Sequence record: OR413581.1
Length of the DNA stretch: 64,000 nt
Reading direction: 5' to 3' (one strand)
Shown in pieces: positions 54,016-64,000 of this stretch (position 1 is its first letter; every line of letters starts with the position of its first letter). The translations under genes and the position numbers were made by a program. The notes beneath the pieces are model-generated. The model did no database searches and was not told the origin of the DNA. It saw only the letters and a list, made by a program, of their open reading frames with translations.

Positions 54016-55800
54016 TTAGAACCCGCAGATGTACTCCATAGGCTCTGTCACTACTTCCCCTTGCTTACGTAAGAACGTAGATAGGACAGTGTCTTTGTCC
54101 GGTAAGCAGAAGAAGTCTGTCGCTATTTCCATGGCATTAACTCGCCCAGCAGTTAAGTTGACGCCCGTGCGACGTCGAATCTCTTCACTAACCCCATTGA
54201 TGGACAGTAGTTCGATGAGTGTGGTCTCACGAGACTGGTTCATCATGTTTGTGGCCGACGGGTAGGCCTGGGTTAAGTCCGCATCCGCAGTTTGACCACG
54301 GAACGCAGAGTAATATTCGTCAATCTCCTCCAGAATGTTGTTCAGACCGTTCTCAGCATTCATACATGCTGTCAGGGTAACAATCCAACCGTCCGTACCG
54401 ATAACTTCTTCATCGTAATCGTTACGCATTGCAGACCCTACGGAACCGATGACGTATCCTTTGTCATACAGATAATAGGTAAAGGCCACGCAGATACGTT
54501 TTGGTAGCGACGGGAAGATATCGTACATCGAGAAACCTGCCAGAATGGATATTGCCGAAGACAAGTCGTTCGTCTTCTTATCCAACAACACGATTAACAA
54601 GTTATCCATCATGTTGTATACGGCATATTCGGCAGGGTAGTCCCGTTGTGCTTTTATGTGCCATTGCAGGTTATCTTCATACGGCAGTCCGGGAATGTCG
54701 AGTTTGTGTAAACCGAGTTCGGTGTACAGTATGGCAGATAACTTGTACGAAGGACGTTGCCCTTCGTGGACACGCAACGAACGGAATAACACCATGGCAT
54801 CCACACAGTAGAAAGACGCAGTACAGTAGAGCACGTGCCACTGTTGTGACGGTGCTTTGGTGAGTGACTTGGATTCCGTCTTTTTGTTCGCCTGGTCTTC
54901 TTTAAACCACAGACGACGGTATTTCTCCGGCACATCCGGATGGTTAAAGACGCCCAGTGGATCGATACCTTCTTTCTGCAAGGTTTCCAACATGCGTGAA
55001 ATATCGAACTGGTGGTTCCATGCGACCAGCAAATCAGGAAGACGCGGATGAATCTCTTCGAACATTCTGACGATACACTGGCCTGCTGTGGCACAGGTAT
55101 ACGTGAAGATTTTATAACCACTGATGATATCTTTGGTCTTTGTCACCTTTTCGCCAGTCTTTTTGTCTTTCTCGTCGAACTCGATTTTGCTTAAGAGTTC
55201 CTGCGCTTTTTTGAGAATGACTTCTTCCGCGTTTTTACCGATGCGGTCCATGTAGTTCTTAGCACCAAAGAAATGGATTTCGTCGTCTAAGATAAATGAC
55301 ACGATCCACGGTTCCTTCGTGCCGTCCATTTCGTTAGTCTCCACGTCGTATACGCAAAGACGGTTAGGGCTGATGTTGTTCGGCCAGCGCTTTAAATATT
55401 TCTGTTTAATCCAGCTGGTAATCGGTAAGTCGGCCCAATAAACATACGGGCTAGTGCAAACACGCCGCAGGTTCTTTTTCGGGTCAGGGAAACGTGCACC
55501 TAAACCCATCTGCAACGTCTTCGCCATTTGTGCATCGGTGGTCCAGAGTTCTTGACATTTTCCTTTTTCTTCGAACTCTTTTTTCTCCTGGTGGTTACGA
55601 TATTCTTCACGGGTAACGTACACCGGACGCTTTAAATTCTCACGCATTACCAAGCGCGGGATAAGCCTGCCATCCTTAGTATGGATGACCTCTTTGATGA
55701 GGACAAAGTCATTTTCTTTTTCTTCGTCCGTCGCATAAGCGACGTGCTTGCACTCTTTAGCGATGACATCCTCGGGTGCGTAATAGGTATTGATTTCCAT
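54016..55800 (-). CDS. Family B DNA polymerase, N-terminal subunit (3'-5' exonuclease plus palm motif A)
   Basis: Exo I YDVET, Exo II AWNHQFD, Exo III YNMMD, motif A DADLTQAYPS. Confidence 0.87.
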   Translation of the reverse strand: MEINTYYAPEDVIAKECKHVAYATDEEKENDFVLIKEVIHTKDGRLIPRLVMRENLKRPVYVTREEYRNHQEKKEFEEKGKCQELWTTDAQMAKTLQMGLGARFPDPKKNLRRVCTSPYVYWADLPITSWIKQKYLKRWPNNISPNRLCVYDVETNEMDGTKEPWIVSFILDDEIHFFGAKNYMDRIGKNAEEVILKKAQELLSKIEFDEKDKKTGEKVTKTKDIISGYKIFTYTCATAGQCIVRMFEEIHPRLPDLLVAWNHQFDISRMLETLQKEGIDPLGVFNHPDVPEKYRRLWFKEDQANKKTESKSLTKAPSQQWHVLYCTASFYCVDAMVLFRSLRVHEGQRPSYKLSAILYTELGLHKLDIPGLPYEDNLQWHIKAQRDYPAEYAVYNMMDNLLIVLLDKKTNDLSSAISILAGFSMYDIFPSLPKRICVAFTYYLYDKGYVIGSVGSAMRNDYDEEVIGTDGWIVTLTACMNAENGLNNILEEIDEYYSAFRGQTADADLTQAYPSATNMMNQSRETTLIELLSINGVSEEIRRRTGVNLTAGRVNAMEIATDFFCLPDKDTVLSTFLRKQGEVVTEPMEYICGF

Positions 55801-55870
55801 GGTCTACTCTCAAATATGGTGTCTGCTATACTGATTTGTGGGTAACGTATTTTCTAAAAGGAACGTCTAA

Positions 55871-57220
55871 ATGGGACACTGGCAAAAGCACATAACCTCG
55901 TTGGCCGACGCGAAAGCCGTGGCCTCGGAGTCCATCGGATTCCAAGATAAAAAGAAACTCGCCTCTTTGGCGGAAGTGGTACGTAAGTTCCGTGATGCGG
56001 GCGACTTCTCGCCAGCGGGTTATCAGAGTTCTGGTATTGCTGCCTGGGTCTTTGACAACAACGGTATTACAGTCCTGCCTCGTAACGGGTCCGACTTAGG
56101 TGTGGCGGACGTTGTGTTTGCGGGTGTGGAGCCACCGAAGCTCGACGCGAACAACCCAATCATCGCCGACCTGCAACGCAAGATGGTGCAGGGTAACACC
56201 GACCTGGATGTCTACAGTAAGTTCTTAAAAGAGAACGAACTGAACGGCGAGTTCGACGATAAAAATGCGAAGCTTTCAGGCGAACTCAGCAAGGTGCCGT
56301 CCCCACTTTGGCTGACCCCGAAACTACTGACCGGTATCGAGTTAACGGATTTAGAAGTCGCGGCGATAATTCTGCATGAAGTCGGCCACGTCTATTACTA
56401 TTTCCGTACCTTGATGCGTACGGTGGTAACGAACCTGATTGCGGATGCCGCAGCGAACCGCATGATGCAAACCGAAGACCCGACAGTGCGTTTAAAAGTC
56501 GTAAAAGACGTTGAACGTATGCTGAACACCAAAGTGAATCAGCCGGAAACTATCTGCAAAGAGATGTCTAAAGAGAACATCTACATGCATCTGGTGACGG
56601 ACATTCTGCTTGAGCGTCCATTTGTTACCGGTTCGGAAGGGTTCGCTAACCGTACCTGGGAACGTGCTGCAGATGACTTCGCAGCTCGCTTTGGTGCAGC
56701 CCCGTACCTGGCGTCAGCCTTGTACAAAATCGAAACGTCCCAATTCTATCTCTGCCGGAACGCGTCGTACATGAACTACGGTGTGCATCTGATGCTGGAA
56801 ATGCTTAACGTTTCGCTGCTGATTGTGGCTTCGACTAATCCAGTTGGCCTGTTCTTCACGACTATCTCGGTGGCGTTCGGTCTGATTGTGAACGACCCAC
56901 GCAACACCATCTACGATCCGCCGCAGGAACGTTTTGAGACGATGCGTCGTAACTTAGTGGAAGAGCTGAACACCTTAAAAGGTAGCACCACGAAAGAAGC
57001 GAACGAACATCGTAAACGTATTCTGCAGGGCATTGCGTCTATCGACGAATTACTGAAAACCGTGAAAGACAAAGACAACGTCTTTAGCTTCATCATGAAA
57101 ACGCTGACCCCTGGCGGTCGCCGTGAGCGCGCTGGTGTGGATTATCAGCGTACGATGGAACGTTATCTTTCTAATGACCTGCGTGTGGCTTCTGCGAAGC
57201 TCGCCACGGTAAAGTCGTAG
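55871..57220 (+). CDS. Virion/head protein with HEXXH zinc-metallopeptidase motif
   Basis: ILHEVGH, downstream ERAADDFA, hydrophobic segment, N-terminal ASE cleavage-like site. Confidence 0.6.
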   Translation: MGHWQKHITSLADAKAVASESIGFQDKKKLASLAEVVRKFRDAGDFSPAGYQSSGIAAWVFDNNGITVLPRNGSDLGVADVVFAGVEPPKLDANNPIIADLQRKMVQGNTDLDVYSKFLKENELNGEFDDKNAKLSGELSKVPSPLWLTPKLLTGIELTDLEVAAIILHEVGHVYYYFRTLMRTVVTNLIADAAANRMMQTEDPTVRLKVVKDVERMLNTKVNQPETICKEMSKENIYMHLVTDILLERPFVTGSEGFANRTWERAADDFAARFGAAPYLASALYKIETSQFYLCRNASYMNYGVHLMLEMLNVSLLIVASTNPVGLFFTTISVAFGLIVNDPRNTIYDPPQERFETMRRNLVEELNTLKGSTTKEANEHRKRILQGIASIDELLKTVKDKDNVFSFIMKTLTPGGRRERAGVDYQRTMERYLSNDLRVASAKLATVKS

Positions 57221-57246
57221 GGGAATCTTCGTCCACAGCACCTCGC

Positions 57247-57684
57247 GTGTTGTGGGTGATGCTGCCGTACCACTGGAAGGTGCTGTCAGCCAGTCAGATT
57301 GACCGTGACTTATACGGCGACCGTATTGGAACTGACACACCGACCCTCGAAGCGTATGCGACGCGCGCAGAGGCGGTTAAAGCGGGTATCGAGTACGCCT
57401 GTCGAACTAATCGTTCATCGGCACCGGGGCAGCCTATCGCTTCCGTACGCGTACAACAGCGCGGCAACGAGCTATTGTTGAAATCGAACGGTTACTGGAA
57501 CAATATTTCGATGCAGGACAGCTTGCATCTGTATCGGATTGATCCTAGTAAATGCTCCGAACCCTGGCAGCAAGCCTACGAAGGTTCCCCCGAATATTAC
57601 ACACGTGGCGTGACAGACTACGAAGAAGTCTACTTCGACACGATTCACAACCACATCAAAGAAGCCGGTCTTACCGTTTCTTAA
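57247..57684 (+). CDS. Hypothetical protein
   Basis: 145-aa ORF filling the gap between structural genes; start uncertain. Confidence 0.55.
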   Translation: MLWVMLPYHWKVLSASQIDRDLYGDRIGTDTPTLEAYATRAEAVKAGIEYACRTNRSSAPGQPIASVRVQQRGNELLLKSNGYWNNISMQDSLHLYRIDPSKCSEPWQQAYEGSPEYYTRGVTDYEEVYFDTIHNHIKEAGLTVS

Positions 57685-57699
57685 GTAAGGGTACTTAAC

Positions 57700-58143
57700 A
57701 TGACGCATAAAGTTTCTTTAAATAACCTGGTACTGGATTTCAAACGTACCAACGAAGGGAAAGGTGTACACGCCCAGCGTGCTTTGACCGGTCTGGTTGC
57801 TTTCTCACTGGCGTATAACGCGGTATTGGCTGACAATGGCCAATATGGCGCTGCAGAGGCCGCTGGGACGTTTTTACGTCCGGTAATGCGTAATATCGTC
57901 TCTGACGTTAACGAGCTGTACTGTGTTGATTTAGGCGTGATTGAGGACATGACCGTGGGTCTGTACTGCAATCGTTACTGCAACGTGTATGGCGGCGCTA
58001 AAGCTCTGGAAAGTTTCTCAGTTCGTGAGATTTTCAACCAGGCACTCGGGGAAGATATCTGGGAAACCGTCGGTCTGTGGATTAGCCGCTTTATGGAAGT
58101 GGTTGGTTTCTACATGGCAGAACTGAAAGGGCAGATTTCATGA
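57700..58143 (+). CDS. Conserved hypothetical/virion protein
   Basis: 147 aa, ATGA coupling to the next gene. Confidence 0.7.
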   Translation: MTHKVSLNNLVLDFKRTNEGKGVHAQRALTGLVAFSLAYNAVLADNGQYGAAEAAGTFLRPVMRNIVSDVNELYCVDLGVIEDMTVGLYCNRYCNVYGGAKALESFSVREIFNQALGEDIWETVGLWISRFMEVVGFYMAELKGQIS

Positions 58144-59873
58144 GCATGGAAATGACAGGTAACGCCACCCACCCCAAATGGCGTTTGGGGGAGATCGGTG
58201 AAGTCCTGCGTTCACGTATGGCCGAGCGTATTGATTCTGTCAACCAGCTCAATCTGTACATGCAACGCAACGAAGCCGACTTAATCTACGGCTCTCGACT
58301 GATTCTGCAAATCGACGCGATTCTTGATGAGGTGCGACGCGCGGGATTGTCGAAAGATGTCGCTGTCGCTGTTGAATCTTCTCGCCCAGGCACAATTCCC
58401 GAAGCTGTCCGCAAAATCCTGACCTCTAACTATACCCGCACGCACCAGAAAGAGACTATTGTTGCGCTCGAATCCTGGGCAAATGCAGGTAAAGTGGGAT
58501 TGGTTGTGTTAATCATGACCGCGATTATCAAAATCATCGGTTGGATTATCAGCAACGGTAACGGGTTTGCTGGTAATGGCGAATTCGACGGCGAAGGTTA
58601 CGCTGAGAAAGTCGGCGAAAAAGCAGAGAGTTTCTCCCAGACCGAAAACACTATCATCGGTCAGCTGAAAATCAGCGCAGTGAAAGATGCATACATCGAA
58701 GCCTCTAAGGGTCTGAAAGGTCGCGACCTGGAAAACCTGAACTTGGCTATCGCGATGGCCGACGAAGTGTTTACGAACATGAACGCGGAAGAGTATCTGA
58801 ACGACTTGAGCAGCGCGCTGGGCCGTTCGCCGTTCACTGAATTGTTCAAAGGTTACACTAAGAAACGCCAATCGAGCCAGCAGGTTATTCACGACCTGTT
58901 AGATACCCTGTTACAACACAACGTAACTTACGGTATCTATCCGATTGAGGTGGGTAAGAAAGCCTGGCAGGCATTGCCGAAGTCTGCACGTGAAGCCGGT
59001 GTACGTATTCCGAACCTGTTGAACTTCCAACAGATGTCGAATGTTGCCAGCGAACTTATCGGCTACTTTGGCTCCCTCCAAAGTGCCTTTAAAGCAATGA
59101 TCGACCCAAGCGTCGCCGAGGGTTTTAAGAATCAGCAAGGTTCAACCACCACTCACAACGGCAAGCAGGTTAATAAGGCAGCACACGACACCGCGCTTAT
59201 CTTCGGCCAGGCGTTAGCGCAGCTGAACACCACGATGAACTTCATCATCAGCGACGTTTCCCGCAAAGGATTCGAATACGCTACTGCACCTTTGGTCGTT
59301 ATCCCAGAAAACAAAGTTCGCGGTTTAGTGGGTCATGACGATGGTGTGGACTTCGTGCCTGGTAAGGTATTGGTTAATGCACAAGCATCTGCGTTCTTGG
59401 GACGCGAGTGCTTAGAGCAAATGCGCCAAGCGGGCACGTTATCGGTTGGTGACGAACGTGAGCTGCTGGCTGTAGTGGTAACGTTAGGTAAACAAGGCTT
59501 TACCAACGACACCGCCGCGACTAACCTGAACCGCTACAGTGCACTGGATAAGGCAGTTAATAACACGATTAAAGTGTTGGAGCAGTTCCAGAAAGCAACC
59601 AAGGATAACGCTGAATACGTTAACCTGATTAGCGAAGTCATTATGAACGAGCTTAATCAACCTTCTGGTCTGCGCACCGACGGTCGTGAACTCTCGATGG
59701 TGTTATTCTCCCCAGACGGTGATGAAGACCTCTTCGTCGGCTTGCGTCGTAACCTGTCGTTGGTGCGTCGTTGTTGCGGTGCTGCCGCTACACTGCAGAC
59801 GATACTGAACCTGGCCAAACGTAACCCGTTGGTGAAAGGCAATAATCGCAAAAACATGCTTGACGGCGAATAA
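58140..59873 (+). CDS. Probable inner head protein with propeptide
   Basis: 577 aa; AVE (77-79) and ALE (109-111) sites followed by a hydrophobic segment. Confidence 0.6.
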   Translation: MSMEMTGNATHPKWRLGEIGEVLRSRMAERIDSVNQLNLYMQRNEADLIYGSRLILQIDAILDEVRRAGLSKDVAVAVESSRPGTIPEAVRKILTSNYTRTHQKETIVALESWANAGKVGLVVLIMTAIIKIIGWIISNGNGFAGNGEFDGEGYAEKVGEKAESFSQTENTIIGQLKISAVKDAYIEASKGLKGRDLENLNLAIAMADEVFTNMNAEEYLNDLSSALGRSPFTELFKGYTKKRQSSQQVIHDLLDTLLQHNVTYGIYPIEVGKKAWQALPKSAREAGVRIPNLLNFQQMSNVASELIGYFGSLQSAFKAMIDPSVAEGFKNQQGSTTTHNGKQVNKAAHDTALIFGQALAQLNTTMNFIISDVSRKGFEYATAPLVVIPENKVRGLVGHDDGVDFVPGKVLVNAQASAFLGRECLEQMRQAGTLSVGDERELLAVVVTLGKQGFTNDTAATNLNRYSALDKAVNNTIKVLEQFQKATKDNAEYVNLISEVIMNELNQPSGLRTDGRELSMVLFSPDGDEDLFVGLRRNLSLVRRCCGAAATLQTILNLAKRNPLVKGNNRKNMLDGE

Positions 59874-59917
59874 AATAAAAGGCTACCCTCTCCCGAAGGA
59901 GAGGGTAGTGCTTTTTT
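59872..59917. terminator. Bidirectional terminator
   Basis: CTACCCTCTCC-CGAA-GGAGAGGGTAG with A and T tracts. Confidence 0.85.
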
Positions 59918-62876
59918 ATTCTTTTTCGGTATCGTGACGGTTGTACGACAGTACGATGTCATCTTTCAAACCGATGTCGCCGTTGGCTTCAATATCGAGC
60001 TTCTTACCAATTGTAGCTCGCGCTGCTTCGGTAATGACAGTGAAGAGTCGCAGGTCTTTATCTGGCCCCATGTCGTCGAGTTCAACACCGATAATGGCAT
60101 CGTTAAGCGTAGTGCGTAAGGCATTACCGATCTCGGTTGCTGAAACGGTCAGATGTGTTGACAGATAGTCGTTAATGACTTGCGAAGTCCGTTTCCGGAT
60201 TTGTGCCAGAAGCTCGCTGTTTGCACGGTTCGCTGCAGTGAGGTAATACTTGACAGTGAACTGGTTTTCAGCAGGCAGTGGTGACACAACCCCGTCTTCG
60301 GTACGTACGTCGATATAACCCATCGTAGTGATAGGAACAAAGAAACCTTCAGTTTGCTCCAACAGCAGCGGTTTCAGATTCGGTAGTACCACCGTAACGT
60401 AGTTGATGATATTGTCAATCACGCTATCAAGGTACGCTTTAACCGCTTTCGAGGTTGCGAACTTATAACGGGCATCGAAGACAGCCATTTCACTACGGAA
60501 CTTAATACTGCGCGGCTTCGCAATAATAGGCTGACCGTTCCCGTCGAAGATTTGTTCCCCAACGCGGTGTGCGATTTCTTGCTCACCGGTCTTCGGGTCT
60601 ATCTTCGGATCGCCTTTGCGATGCAGGTACGTGATTTGCAACGGTGGAACAGCATCAGGGTCGTACGTGTACTCAGGTGTTACGCCATCGTCTTTGGTTT
60701 TAATAACATCCTTTTCCCAATATGCTGGAATATCCTCCTGGTAGTATTCGTAGTTGATGCTGTCCGTTACTGCACGTGCTTTTCGCCAGTAATAGGACAT
60801 GGCTTTACCCAGCTCGATTTTGAAAATCTCATGAGTAATCCCAATACCATCACGCGCAGGTGGTACAATCATTGTATCCATTTCAGCGCGTTCGTAATTA
60901 CCGGGGTAGTAACCCGTACAGCCGTAGAACACATTATACTCGGTTAACAACGGTGCAGGTGTGTCCACATCCACTTCGGTGGTGATTCGGGTGTTGTTGA
61001 TAATCAGCTCATCGTTACGGTCAACGTCGAGATTGGTTTTCAACAAGAATTCCCATACACGCTCCGAACCTTGACGACCCACTAAGGTGCCGTTGATGTA
61101 GGCCAGCTTACCGTCTGCATTACGCGGCGAGAAGGAAATCTGCGCAAAGACCTGGTCATCACTTAACGCCTGGTATGGCGGTTCTGACTTAGTCACAGTG
61201 CGCAGGATATAACCTTCGCTCGTTTTCTCAATCTGATAATCTGCAGTGACAACACTCAGCTCCGTTGTCACGTTGGTGCTAACGAAACGTTTTGAGTTCA
61301 ACTGCGGTTTATCGAGTTGGTAAATACGAACATCGCAAGATTTGTTGTTAATGTCCACCACGTAATGGAACGGCGTGAACAGGTAACGGTTAGTGTTACC
61401 CGCGTTAACCAAATCTTCTTTACGCATGGTCTTCGCAAGAATGGTCATCTCCGCATCGATTTGCAGACTGGTATCCGTAAAGCGATACAGCGTATCCGGC
61501 TCAATCGTCAAACGGTTGCCGTTAATACGGACCGTCGGCAGTTTCACCAGTTCATCCCAGCTAAAGTACAGCGGGGCGGTGATGGTCCCGATAGGGGAAC
61601 TCACTTTAGATAACGTGGACTCCGGCATCGGCGCAGTCAGGAAGTAAGTACGCCCAGTTACGTAATCGTTCGGCTTGGACAAGGTCAGGCCGTAATCCGA
61701 TACTGTGGCTTCTAACTGTTTCTCTGTTACTGGCAGTTTGCGAATCCCCACTGCATTGTTTACCACACGGTCACGCAACTCATCAAACGAAAGTTGTGTA
61801 CGCCCCCCAGTGGCGTAACTGCCTTCTTCCGCAACCAACATTTTGATGGAGAATGATTTCAACGGGTTGATGTATCCCGCATCGTATTCACCGTTCAAGT
61901 CGCGCAATGAGAAGGTGTACTCGTCCGCCGGAAATGCAGAAACGTCGAGGTCGAGTGGCCCGATGGTCGTATATACGTCCATGCGGATTTCACCACTTAC
62001 CAGGTTCTTCGCCATGTAGATAGACGGTATCGTACAGCGAATGGACTGGTTAACGACTTGAATCAGCGCCGTAGGCGTGTTTGGATCGTAAACGTCACGA
62101 CTGTGCGTGTGGTGGATTTCTGTCCAGGTGTTTGAATTGGACGGTTTATTCCACACCCGTGCGTAGAAGAACTTGTTGGTGAACGTGCGCGTCATCACAA
62201 ACGTGTTCTGCCCCAACAACGTATCGTTCTCGTCCTTTACACTGTACTGCATCACCGGAATACGGATAGCCAATATCTGCGACGGTGTGCTAGGAACACT
62301 TGTCAACTCCCAGTCCAACGCGTTAGTGGTTACGGGCGATATCGGTGACTGGGTTTCGGTAATCCACAAGACCTGGAAGGCTGGATTATCAACGGTACCA
62401 TACGGCAGCACTCGAATTTCGATGGGATACTGTATGGCAAAGTTGTAACCTGAAACAGTAAAGACGGTATCCCGTGGAATCACGACTTTACGAATACCTG
62501 CCACGTTTAACGGCATCGCCTTCGCTAATAGAGAGTCGACATCTAGAAGCAGCAGTAAAGTCGCTTGTGATGGCTGGGCAAAAACATCAACATAATCCAC
62601 GTCAGACATGTGGCGGAACAGATCATCGTGAGTTTGTGCCATAGAGGGGAACATTTTCGGAATGGTATCCCGATCGCCCTGGATAATCGTGTGGCCCATC
62701 GTAATTCCGACCTCGGTCATGTAGACCACCGGGTCGGTCGGGTCACGTAGCAGGATTTGCCCGTCGGCGTCCTGCACGTCTTGGAGCTGGTTCAGCATTA
62801 ACGACTGCATTGCTGATGGGTTATGTGCCATCAGCAGCAAGTCTTTCGATAATGCGTCGTACGTTTTCGTAGTCAT
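59916..62876 (-). CDS. Baseplate wedge protein (baseplate J / T4 gp6-like)
   Basis: 986 aa; GGRTQLSFDELRDRV...PVTEKQLE resembles the baseplate-J GG.D.ES.E.LR.R...AVT..D motif. Confidence 0.6.
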   Translation of the reverse strand: MTTKTYDALSKDLLLMAHNPSAMQSLMLNQLQDVQDADGQILLRDPTDPVVYMTEVGITMGHTIIQGDRDTIPKMFPSMAQTHDDLFRHMSDVDYVDVFAQPSQATLLLLLDVDSLLAKAMPLNVAGIRKVVIPRDTVFTVSGYNFAIQYPIEIRVLPYGTVDNPAFQVLWITETQSPISPVTTNALDWELTSVPSTPSQILAIRIPVMQYSVKDENDTLLGQNTFVMTRTFTNKFFYARVWNKPSNSNTWTEIHHTHSRDVYDPNTPTALIQVVNQSIRCTIPSIYMAKNLVSGEIRMDVYTTIGPLDLDVSAFPADEYTFSLRDLNGEYDAGYINPLKSFSIKMLVAEEGSYATGGRTQLSFDELRDRVVNNAVGIRKLPVTEKQLEATVSDYGLTLSKPNDYVTGRTYFLTAPMPESTLSKVSSPIGTITAPLYFSWDELVKLPTVRINGNRLTIEPDTLYRFTDTSLQIDAEMTILAKTMRKEDLVNAGNTNRYLFTPFHYVVDINNKSCDVRIYQLDKPQLNSKRFVSTNVTTELSVVTADYQIEKTSEGYILRTVTKSEPPYQALSDDQVFAQISFSPRNADGKLAYINGTLVGRQGSERVWEFLLKTNLDVDRNDELIINNTRITTEVDVDTPAPLLTEYNVFYGCTGYYPGNYERAEMDTMIVPPARDGIGITHEIFKIELGKAMSYYWRKARAVTDSINYEYYQEDIPAYWEKDVIKTKDDGVTPEYTYDPDAVPPLQITYLHRKGDPKIDPKTGEQEIAHRVGEQIFDGNGQPIIAKPRSIKFRSEMAVFDARYKFATSKAVKAYLDSVIDNIINYVTVVLPNLKPLLLEQTEGFFVPITTMGYIDVRTEDGVVSPLPAENQFTVKYYLTAANRANSELLAQIRKRTSQVINDYLSTHLTVSATEIGNALRTTLNDAIIGVELDDMGPDKDLRLFTVITEAARATIGKKLDIEANGDIGLKDDIVLSYNRHDTEKE

Positions 62877-64000
62877 TACAGTAAGCCCGCTCGTTTAAGG
62901 ATGAATTGGTAATCTGCCTGATAAACATACCAGGTCAGTTTACGACGCAGGGAGTCGATGTGCGGATAGCCGTAGTAGTTGAACAGCGGTAGTAGCTGTG
63001 GTGCAATCGGCACAAGCTGGTCTTCAGCAATCGGGATAAAGTTGCCCGCTGCAACGCTCCCTGGTTGCGGCATCATATCCGGGTTAAACATAGACACCGT
63101 CAAGTTGAACATCTCCATGTACAATGGGTCATCGAAGCGCGCCCCGATGCATTGCCAGTTGAGGTTAATTGTGGTGTCGTCATTTAATTGAGGCTTGGTG
63201 TTATCGACATTCGCCATTTGACCGGCGTTATCGTTCATTGGCCAACAAACACACGCTGTCCAGAAACGAGTGATGTTTCCGAGCGCGTCGTATTTGAACC
63301 CATACATCCTCGACTGGTAGTCAATGCGACGTTGGATGGAATTACGCATCTTCGGTTTGAACTTACCCATCTTAATGCCGGACATATATTCCAGCCACAC
63401 GCCCATCATTCGCATGATGGGGTTGCCGTATGGGTTGTTCAGCGACATTGACATGCTGTACTGGTTATTGATTTCATGTGTGGAGTCAACCATACCCCAC
63501 TGTTCGCGCATTAAACCTTCTTCAGACATCCAGTTATCGACAGACTGGTCAGGCATCCCCGAGAGGCTCAGCATCTGCGTACTCAGCAATGGTATGAATG
63601 CCTGAAGATTGTCAAACATAATGTCCTTCATGAATGGCGTGCCCAAACGGTTCTTTCTTCGCCCGTCTTCCATCGGTGAATCAGAGAACCCCAATTCAAA
63701 ATCTGGGTCCAACGCTGCCAGAATGGAATAGTCGAGTGACGATTTCGGCTGAGAAGCCATGTTCGACATCTTGCGCGAGTTGGCAATGTTGTCAAAGCAC
63801 AAGTTGAAGTCAGGGCGGGTAATGAAGGTTAGGCCACCGTACTCACGGTTAACAGGCGTCGGGTTCGACGCCATCATATGGTTGAACCCCATGTAGGGGT
63901 TGGTCACACGCTGCGCAGCCAGACCCAAACCTAACGTAAGACGGATACGGTCATTCCAACCCGATAACTCATCATTAACGTTGTACGCCGTGGTGGGTTT
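62876..64000 (-). CDS. Tube-fold baseplate/hub protein (5'-truncated by the window)
   Basis: The frame stays open from the window edge through 63928; the beta-strand pattern resembles tail tube or tube-initiator proteins. Confidence 0.55.
   Translation of the reverse strand, partial: KPTTAYNVNDELSGWNDRIRLTLGLGLAAQRVTNPYMGFNHMMASNPTPVNREYGGLTFITRPDFNLCFDNIANSRKMSNMASQPKSSLDYSILAALDPDFELGFSDSPMEDGRRKNRLGTPFMKDIMFDNLQAFIPLLSTQMLSLSGMPDQSVDNWMSEEGLMREQWGMVDSTHEINNQYSMSMSLNNPYGNPIMRMMGVWLEYMSGIKMGKFKPKMRNSIQRRIDYQSRMYGFKYDALGNITRFWTACVCWPMNDNAGQMANVDNTKPQLNDDTTINLNWQCIGARFDDPLYMEMFNLTVSMFNPDMMPQPGSVAAGNFIPIAEDQLVPIAPQLLPLFNYYGYPHIDSLRRKLTWYVYQADYQFILKRAGLL

Noticed and set aside
1061-63605. Numerous 60-185 aa ORFs nested in or antisense to long genes
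   Set aside because: They overlap well-supported CDSs, lack SD sequences and show no recognisable motifs.

Overview
This window comes from a nucleus-forming jumbo phage (phiKZ-related, Chimalliviridae). Its gene order resembles the Salmonella SPN3US / Erwinia Asesino type; that assignment rests on recalled synteny and motifs, not on a database search. From left to right it holds: virion and baseplate genes; the terminase large subunit; a ~1.8-kb ORF-free region with a 94% AT palindromic core, a GATC cluster and Z-DNA-prone flanks (candidate origin or packaging locus); a ~3-kb RNA-rich island (several large hairpin-dense non-coding segments, tRNA-Trp, a tRNA mimic with a collapsed anticodon arm and an atypical CAU tRNA) with an HslV/proteasome-like Thr protease embedded in it; small hypothetical genes; a split family-B DNA polymerase; chimallin; the non-virion RNA polymerase cluster with putative ChmC, a sigma-like subunit and PicA; an SF2 helicase; a virion RNAP subunit; and head and baseplate genes. 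Three genes are interrupted. An ORF-less group I intron (29987-30342) sits inside the RNAP catalytic N-G-|-DFDGD motif. A class 3 (Ala1, WCT) LAGLIDADG intein sits in the helicase Walker A. A 91-bp microhomology-bounded tandem duplication frameshifts the SbcD-like nuclease. A recurrent promoter-like 15-mer (AGATAGATATTATCT) precedes the nucleus and transcription genes. No PhuZ tubulin is visible. Functional names for many core genes rest on motifs plus synteny and need HMM or structure confirmation.
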